A DNA stretch of 64,000 nucleotides from NCBI GenBank assembly GCA_041650755.1, contig JBAZKN010000003.1, positions 18,060-82,059 on the forward strand, written 5' to 3'. The notes beneath the pieces were generated by a model. The model ran no database searches. It was not told the DNA's origin and was given only the letters and a program-made list of their open reading frames with translations. This DNA comes from Patescibacteria group bacterium (lineage in GTDB: Bacteria; Patescibacteriota; Patescibacteriia; UBA1558; GWA2-36-10). Below are positions 58,957-64,000 of the stretch, piece after piece. The translations under genes were made by a program, and so were the position numbers. Position 1 is the first letter of the stretch, and each line of letters opens with the position of its first letter.

Positions 58957-59741
58957 CCTATCAACTAGAATTAAGCAGCGCCAAAAAGGCCGCCCTAAAA
59001 GCCGGTAAATATCTGGCTAAAGAGTTTATAAAATTCCACCGTCAGCAAGCAGATCACAAAAGCCGCCATGAATTAGTGACTAAATGTGATAAACGGGCAG
59101 AAAAAATAATCCTGCAGACTTTGAAAAAACGCTTTCCTAAACTAAACTTTTTATCTGAAGAAAAAGGCGCCAATCACAAAAACCCAGAATATCTATGGAT
59201 AATAGACCCTTTGGATGGCACTAATAATTTTGTTGTCCATAATCCACTTTTCAGCGTAGCCATTGCCCTAGCGCACGATAAACAAATTGTGATGAGCGTC
59301 ATCTATGTGCCTATGCTCAAAGAATTATATTGGGCAACTAGTAGGGGCACCTATAAAAATGGACGGAAAATATCCGTCTCTCGCCACCACGATGTCAAGG
59401 AAATGTTTTTGACATATTGCCATGGCAAAAGTTTGGCCGATAATAAAAAAGCTTTTAAGCTATACGAATACTACCACTTGCATGCTCATGAGTGCCGACA
59501 CTTTGGCAGCACATCGATAGAATTAGCCATGGTGGCTAGCGGCCAGACTGACAGCCTGGTAGTATCTGGACCAAATCTTTGGGATGTGGCGGCTGGCATC
59601 ATGCTGGTCAAAAATGCTGGTGGCCATGTCACTGATTGGCAAGGCAGACCATGGCAACTGCATTCAAAATCTGTATTAGCTAGCAATAAGAAATTACAAC
59701 CCCAAATACTCAGAGAGTTAAAAAAACTTAGAGTTGCTTAA
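58953..59741 (+). CDS. suhB: inositol monophosphatase family protein
   Basis: WIIDPLDGT and WDVAAG motifs; 4-nt overlap with upstream gene. Confidence 0.8.
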   Translation: MTYQLELSSAKKAALKAGKYLAKEFIKFHRQQADHKSRHELVTKCDKRAEKIILQTLKKRFPKLNFLSEEKGANHKNPEYLWIIDPLDGTNNFVVHNPLFSVAIALAHDKQIVMSVIYVPMLKELYWATSRGTYKNGRKISVSRHHDVKEMFLTYCHGKSLADNKKAFKLYEYYHLHAHECRHFGSTSIELAMVASGQTDSLVVSGPNLWDVAAGIMLVKNAGGHVTDWQGRPWQLHSKSVLASNKKLQPQILRELKKLRVA

Positions 59742-59842
59742 AACCTAAAAATCTGCTAAATTACTGCGAGTTAATAAATAGGGTCACGTAACCAAGTGGT
59801 AAGGCATGGGTCTGTCCCTCGACCCCGCACAAATTTAAATAT

Positions 59843-59917
59843 GGCCTGGTAGCCAAGTGGTAAGGCATGGGTCTGCAAAACCCTCATCCGGCGGTTCGAT
59901 TCCGCCCCAGGCCTCCA
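59843..59917 (+). tRNA. tRNA-Cys (anticodon GCA)
   Basis: 75 nt incl. CCA; acceptor GGCCTGG/CCAGGCC; anticodon loop CTGCAAA; T-arm GGCGG-TTCGATT-CCGCC. Confidence 0.7.
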
Positions 59918-60024
59918 TAATTTTAATGACTCGGGATCCTCGCAACCAGATGGGCTCACTTCGTTCGTCTCATCGTTGCGGGACAAAACCCTTATTCACC
60001 GGTTCAATTCCGCCCGTGACCTCC

Positions 60025-60047
60025 ATCGAGCTTAGCTCGATTTTTTT
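60025..60047 (+). terminator. rho-independent terminator ending the tRNA-Cys locus
   Basis: ATCGAGC-TTA-GCTCGAT perfect hairpin followed by TTTTTTT. Confidence 0.75.
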
Positions 60048-60099
60048 GATACAAAAAAACTGGGCTTGAATTGCCTTCAAACCCAGATATTGGTCTCGC

Positions 60100-60759
60100 T
60101 CATACACCAACCAATGTACTTCTAAGCTGATCAATGATCTCCAAAAATTCTTGCCCACGTATGCTAAAATTACGCTTAGCGTAATTTTTTGACACTCTCT
60201 CATCGGCCAAAAGCGTAGACAAAGAATTAATAGGGTCTTTCCTTTCTGGGCTACCGCACCATCTAACAGCAAAAAAACTATTAAACCCCCTAAAACGAGC
60301 CGAATTTTGTGCCAACCAACTAGCCGAGTGCCACCTGACATTGGCCAAAGTAGCTACCATGGGGTAGTCTGCCAAACGAACACCCCTTATGGTAAGGCCG
60401 GAAGAAACCACATCATCCAACACCACTATATTGGCTATTCCTATATAAAACCGCTCGGAATAAACAATTTTCCGACACTCCACAATCGGACCTTTATCGG
60501 ACCAGTACCGCTTGGCATATATACTAATATTATGCCAACGATCAAGCCAGCCGTCCGGCAAATAACTTTTAACAATACTGGCGCCGTTGCCAGGCAAAAC
60601 AAGCAGGGTGTCTTGAGGGGAAAACCTGCGCCAAGCTTCCCATCCCAACAAGTTCTTGGTCAAATCTTCCGCCCAAACCAGCTCCAAATCAAATGAACTA
60701 AAACTATTCTGCCATTTTCTAGATACACCCGGTACGTCGATGATGATGTGGTTAGCCAT
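60100..60759 (-). CDS. phosphoribosyltransferase-domain protein
   Basis: PRPP-binding motif IVVLDDVVSSGLT; 219 aa; GC-richer than neighbours. Confidence 0.55.
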   Translation of the reverse strand: MANHIIIDVPGVSRKWQNSFSSFDLELVWAEDLTKNLLGWEAWRRFSPQDTLLVLPGNGASIVKSYLPDGWLDRWHNISIYAKRYWSDKGPIVECRKIVYSERFYIGIANIVVLDDVVSSGLTIRGVRLADYPMVATLANVRWHSASWLAQNSARFRGFNSFFAVRWCGSPERKDPINSLSTLLADERVSKNYAKRNFSIRGQEFLEIIDQLRSTLVGV

Positions 60760-60806
60760 TTCTGACCTCCTTTTTCGAGAATTATTGTAAAGAACAAAAA
60801 CACGAT

Positions 60807-61337
60807 CTATATTAATGTCTCTTCGGCTATCTTTATAGCCAAATCAACAGCTTCTTTTGCGTTTAAAGTAACGTAACTTGGATAATCTTTGGGTAAGCTG
60901 TCAAATAAATTTCCTAAAATACTTTCACCAAAGTCTTTAATAAAAATGAGCGGCTTTCTATAACGATAGGCTATAGCTAGTTCTGCTATCGTACCTGCAT
61001 CGCCAGGAAGAACTATAATAACATCTGCACTTAAAATGCCGGCAAATAAATAATCGCCAACATCCATGGGAGTACAAATCTCAACAGTCACAAAATCATT
61101 GCTTGTCAATCTGTTTCTGCCTGGTGTGCCAACTGTAATACCGCCATTCTCAAATGCTCCGCGACAGGCTGCCTCCATTACGCCGCTACATCCACCGGTA
61201 ATCAAAATTGCCCCAGCTTGTGCTAGTTGCTTGCCCATGGCAAAAGACATATCTAACATGGTTTTGGCTGAATTATTTTTAGGTAAATTCTTTTTTTCTG
61301 GGCCAATAATGCCAATTTGTAATTTTCTTTTCTGCAT
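60807..61337 (-). CDS. LOG/TIGR00725-family Rossmann-fold nucleotide-binding protein
   Basis: ITGGCSGVMEAACRGA and PGDAGTIAEL (LOG-like GGGxGxM and PGGxGTxEE motifs). Confidence 0.6.
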   Translation of the reverse strand: MQKRKLQIGIIGPEKKNLPKNNSAKTMLDMSFAMGKQLAQAGAILITGGCSGVMEAACRGAFENGGITVGTPGRNRLTSNDFVTVEICTPMDVGDYLFAGILSADVIIVLPGDAGTIAELAIAYRYRKPLIFIKDFGESILGNLFDSLPKDYPSYVTLNAKEAVDLAIKIAEETLI

Positions 61338-61409
61338 ATTATTTATTTACAAATTAAAAAACTCCCTCCATCGGGAGAGAGCTGCTTTTATTTCTAAAAA
61401 TAGACCAAA

Positions 61410-61733
61410 TCAAAGCAATCCTTTCCCGGGGGAGGGATTTCTGTGGTGAGAATTTAATTCCTGCCAAACAGAATTATAACCACCACGGCCATTTTTTAAC
61501 CAAAAGGCGACTCGAGCTACTGTGGTAGTGCTAGTTTTCATTCTTTTAGCAATATCTCGGTAGGATAAACCTTTTTGTAAATAAGTCACAATCCGCCAAC
61601 GATCGCGCATATCTTTGAGCTCTTGAATAGTGCATAAATCACGAAAAAATGCCTCACAGTCGGCTATGTTTTTGAGGCTTAAAACAGCTTTAAACAATTC
61701 ATCGCTACGCTTATCAAATTTGAAATCGTTCAT
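61410..61733 (-). CDS. TrpR/YerC-YecD-family HTH protein
   Basis: 107 aa; RWRIVTYLQKGLSYRDIAKRMKTSTTTVARV HTH typical of Trp-repressor-like YerC family. Confidence 0.6.
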   Translation of the reverse strand: MNDFKFDKRSDELFKAVLSLKNIADCEAFFRDLCTIQELKDMRDRWRIVTYLQKGLSYRDIAKRMKTSTTTVARVAFWLKNGRGGYNSVWQELNSHHRNPSPGKGLL

Positions 61734-61889
61734 ATGTCTGTATTAATGTATTAATACATTATCACAAAATAAAATGCTTGTCAAGTGCAAACAAAAAACC
61801 AGCGATTTTAGCTAGTTCGTACAAAGGTACCGGCAGTCTGACTTGCCACCGCGCAGCGGGGTCCCGCTTCGCGGGAAACCCAAATTTTG

Positions 61890-61976
61890 TGGTACCGGCG
61901 GTCGGACTTGAACCGACACACCCTTGCGGGTACAGGATTTTAAGTCCTGCGTGTCTACCAATTCCACCACGCCGGC
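61890..61976 (-). tRNA. tRNA-Leu (anticodon UAA), class II
   Basis: 87 nt incl. CCA; GCCGGCGTGGTGGAATTGGTAGACAC..; anticodon arm CAGGA-CTTAAAA-TCCTG; long variable arm; T-arm GTCGG-TTCAAGT-CCGAC. Confidence 0.85.
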
Positions 61977-62065
61977 AGGATTATAGGTAAAAAAATGGAG
62001 CGAGTGACCCCTCGACTCCGCTCGGGATCGATACTTATTTAAACGTCCTACTGCAATCATCACAG

Positions 62066-62317
62066 TCTTCGACATCCTGAGCTTGTCGAAGGATGGAGCG
62101 AGTGATCCATTCGGCTCACTCCGTTCGCTCAGGATCTTTTGTTGGCAATTAATGCCATCAATTTATTTTTATCTTCGACATCCTGAGCTTGTCGAAGGAT
62201 GGAGCGAGTGATCCATTCGGCTCACTCCGTTCGCTCAGGATCTTTTGTTGGCAATTAATGCCATCAATTTATTTTTATCTTCGACATCCTGAGCTTGTCG
62301 AAGGATGGAGCGAGTGA
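62066..62317. repeat. 106-bp tandem repeat array (2.4 copies) abutting and overlapping the 3' end of tRNA-Gly; degenerate partial copy at 61995-62029
   Basis: Units start at 62066, 62172, 62278 (identical by eye); each unit ends (tRNA orientation) with TCACTCGCTCCA = tRNA-Gly acceptor 3' strand + CCA and contains nested inverted repeats (CTTCGACA/TGTCGAAG; ATCCTGAGC/GCTCAGGAT; GAGCGAGTGA/TCACTC..GCTC). Confidence 0.8.
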
Positions 62318-62382
62318 CCGGGCTCGAACCGGCGACCTTTTCCTTGGCAAGGAAACGTTCTAGCCAACTGAACTACACTCGC
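62306..62382 (-). tRNA. tRNA-Gly (anticodon GCC)
   Basis: 77 nt incl. CCA; acceptor GCGAGTG/CACTCGC; D-arm GTTC-AGTTGGCTA-GAAC; anticodon arm TTTCC-TTGCCAA-GGAAA; T-arm GCCGG-TTCGAGC-CCGGT. Confidence 0.85.
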
Positions 62383-62529
62383 TCGATATAAAATTTATTT
62401 ATAATGAATCAGGGCTATTAATGTATAAAACACAAGTATTATACAATAAAACCACAAAAAGTCAACCCTATTTACCCTTGTCTAAACCCCTATAAATGGT
62501 ATGATAAAATAAAGAAATAAAAGCAAAAT

Positions 62530-64000
62530 ATGCCCGGCAAACAAAAAAAACTAGTAATAATTGACTCCAATGCCTTGCTCCACAGGGCCTGGCATGCCGT
62601 GCCGCCACTATCCACCAAAGATGGTCTAGTAGTCAATGCAGTATTTGGTTTTACCTCTTTACTCTTAAAAACAATATCTGAACTAAAACCTGATTATATC
62701 CTGGCAGCTTTTGATCTGGCAGGAAAAACTTTCCGCCACGAAGAATACGCTGATTATAAAGCGCAACGTATCAGGCAGGCTCAAGAATTTTATGATCAAA
62801 TTCCTTTGGCCAAAGAAGTGCTGGCTGCTTTTCATATACCGGTGATCACTAAAGAGGGCTTTGAGGCTGATGATGTTATTGGCACTATCGCCAACACTGT
62901 TTACAAAAAATACCCAACTATCCAGACCATTATCGTCACTGGAGACTTGGATGCCTTGCAATTAGTCAATGACAAAATAAAAGTTTTAACTCTCAAGCGC
63001 GGCTTCAATGACACTATTGTTTATGATGTAGCAGCTATCAAAGAGCGCTATGGTTTGACACCAAAACAATTGATAGACTTCAAAGCTCTACAAGGAGATA
63101 GTTCGGACAATATCAAGGGTGTCAAAGGTATCGGCGAAAAGGGCGCGAGCGATTTAATCGGGGAGTTCGGCTCTTTGGATAATTTGTACAAAAAAATTGC
63201 ACAAGCAAAAATCAAGGATAGAATCAAAGAATTATTGACTAAATATAGAGCCGAAGCCCTGGCTAGCCGTAAGCTAGTCAGCATTGTGACTGATCTTCCT
63301 CTGGCTTGGAAATTGACCGACGCCGAATGGCACCAATTTGACCCCGAGGATGTTTATCAAATTTTCCAAAAATTTGAATTTAACTCCCTACTCAAGAAGG
63401 TGCCCGGCACAAAAAAAGAGCACCAGATGTCTTGGGAGATATCCCAACCCAGCAAAAATCATAATTATCAAATTATCGATAGCCTGGCAGCTTGGAAAAA
63501 ATTATTAGCCGAGCTAAAACAACAAAAAATATTTTCTCTAGATACCGAGACCAGCGGCCTGGATCTTTTCAACGATTATCTTTTGGGCATCTCTTTGTCT
63601 TGGCAAGATCAGTCTGCTTATTTTATAAATTTGAAAAATCAGGATTTAAAATCTTTGGTGCTAAAAAATTTACAGCCGATTCTAGAAAATCCAAACATCA
63701 AAAAAGTTGGCCACAACATAAAATTTGATTATAAAGTTTTGAAATTACTGGGCATAGAAATCAAAGGTTTGGAATTTGACACCATGATAGCTGCCTACTT
63801 GATAAACCCCAACCGGGGTTTGAGACTGGAGGAACTGGCCTTTGCTTATTTGGGCTACCGCAAGCTAAAATTAAGCGATTTACTGCCGAATCAAACGAAA
63901 AAAAAGGACATAGAGGTGGCTGGCATACCCTTGGAAAAACTGGGTTGGTATGCCTGTGAAGATGCCGATATTACTTGGCGGCTTTACCAAAAAATCCTAC
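62530..64000 (+). CDS. polA: DNA polymerase I, N-terminal part (5'-3' exonuclease and 3'-5' exonuclease-like domains), truncated by window end
   Basis: LVIIDSNALLHRAWHA 5'-nuclease start, GVKGIGEKGA helix-hairpin-helix, FSLDTETSGLD exo I motif; open to the end of the window; short ORFs listed inside it on either strand are shadows. Confidence 0.9.
   Translation, partial: MPGKQKKLVIIDSNALLHRAWHAVPPLSTKDGLVVNAVFGFTSLLLKTISELKPDYILAAFDLAGKTFRHEEYADYKAQRIRQAQEFYDQIPLAKEVLAAFHIPVITKEGFEADDVIGTIANTVYKKYPTIQTIIVTGDLDALQLVNDKIKVLTLKRGFNDTIVYDVAAIKERYGLTPKQLIDFKALQGDSSDNIKGVKGIGEKGASDLIGEFGSLDNLYKKIAQAKIKDRIKELLTKYRAEALASRKLVSIVTDLPLAWKLTDAEWHQFDPEDVYQIFQKFEFNSLLKKVPGTKKEHQMSWEISQPSKNHNYQIIDSLAAWKKLLAELKQQKIFSLDTETSGLDLFNDYLLGISLSWQDQSAYFINLKNQDLKSLVLKNLQPILENPNIKKVGHNIKFDYKVLKLLGIEIKGLEFDTMIAAYLINPNRGLRLEELAFAYLGYRKLKLSDLLPNQTKKKDIEVAGIPLEKLGWYACEDADITWRLYQKIL

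Noticed and set aside
59925-60025. Independent class II tRNA (Ser/Leu/Sec-like) ending at the CCA at 60025
   Set aside because: No 5' acceptor strand complementary to CGTGACC within 95 nt; only the distant fragment at 59782 pairs, so interpreted as 3' half of a disrupted tRNA instead
62066-62317. Possible CRISPR array suggested by exact tandem repeats
   Set aside because: Units are 106 bp and directly abut with no unique spacers, contain a tRNA 3' end, and no cas genes are nearby; treated as tandem repeat instead

Overview
The backbone of this window is AT-rich (roughly 35% GC by eye). Its gene content fits a small-genome, CPR/Patescibacteria-like bacterium; the phylum assignment is an inference from gene content only. 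Housekeeping genes include tsaD and tsaE (threonylcarbamoyladenosine tRNA modification), glmS, nusA, a membrane pyrophosphatase, trigger factor, rarA, an N-terminal polA fragment, a cspA-like cold-shock gene and two type IV pilus gene sets. Embedded in this backbone are several short islets that are visibly GC-richer. They carry a PaaI-family thioesterase, a PD-(D/E)xK nuclease-fold protein, a FadL outer-membrane barrel with a Rossmann-fold protein, a second TyrRS with a cobalamin-binding (class B) radical SAM (rSAM) enzyme, and a phosphoribosyltransferase (PRTase).

The features that most deserve a second look are these:
- A composite mobile/defence island at about 4.4-17.5 kb. It carries an S49-like Clp-fold protease, a large serine recombinase, a 5mC methyltransferase with an HpaII-like restriction enzyme and Vsr, and an 851-aa RloC/PrrC-like ABC ATPase with a zinc hook (CxxC) inside a coiled coil. 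Next to this ATPase sit a PD-(D/E)xK nuclease behind a strongly structured leader, and an orphan phage packaging remnant (a ParB-methylase fusion plus a terminase-small-subunit-like HTH protein).
- A tyrosine-themed locus at about 23-32.4 kb. An operon encodes a kinase, a flavin oxidase, TyrRS and a tyrosine-type PLP decarboxylase. Facing it is a GC-rich islet with a second TyrRS paralog, an unknown protein and a B12-binding rSAM, and the last two genes share a duplicated 5' leader.
- Two tRNA loci with tRNA-derived repeats. tRNA-Cys lies between the complementary 5' and 3' halves of a disrupted second tRNA. tRNA-Gly is followed by 106-bp tandem repeats, each ending in a copy of the tRNA-Gly 3' terminus, and a partial tRNA-Leu 3'-end repeat lies next to tRNA-Leu.

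Two genes, a histidine kinase and trmB, are broken at long homopolymer tracts (A8 and T9). All calls rest on motifs read by eye; no database searches were possible.
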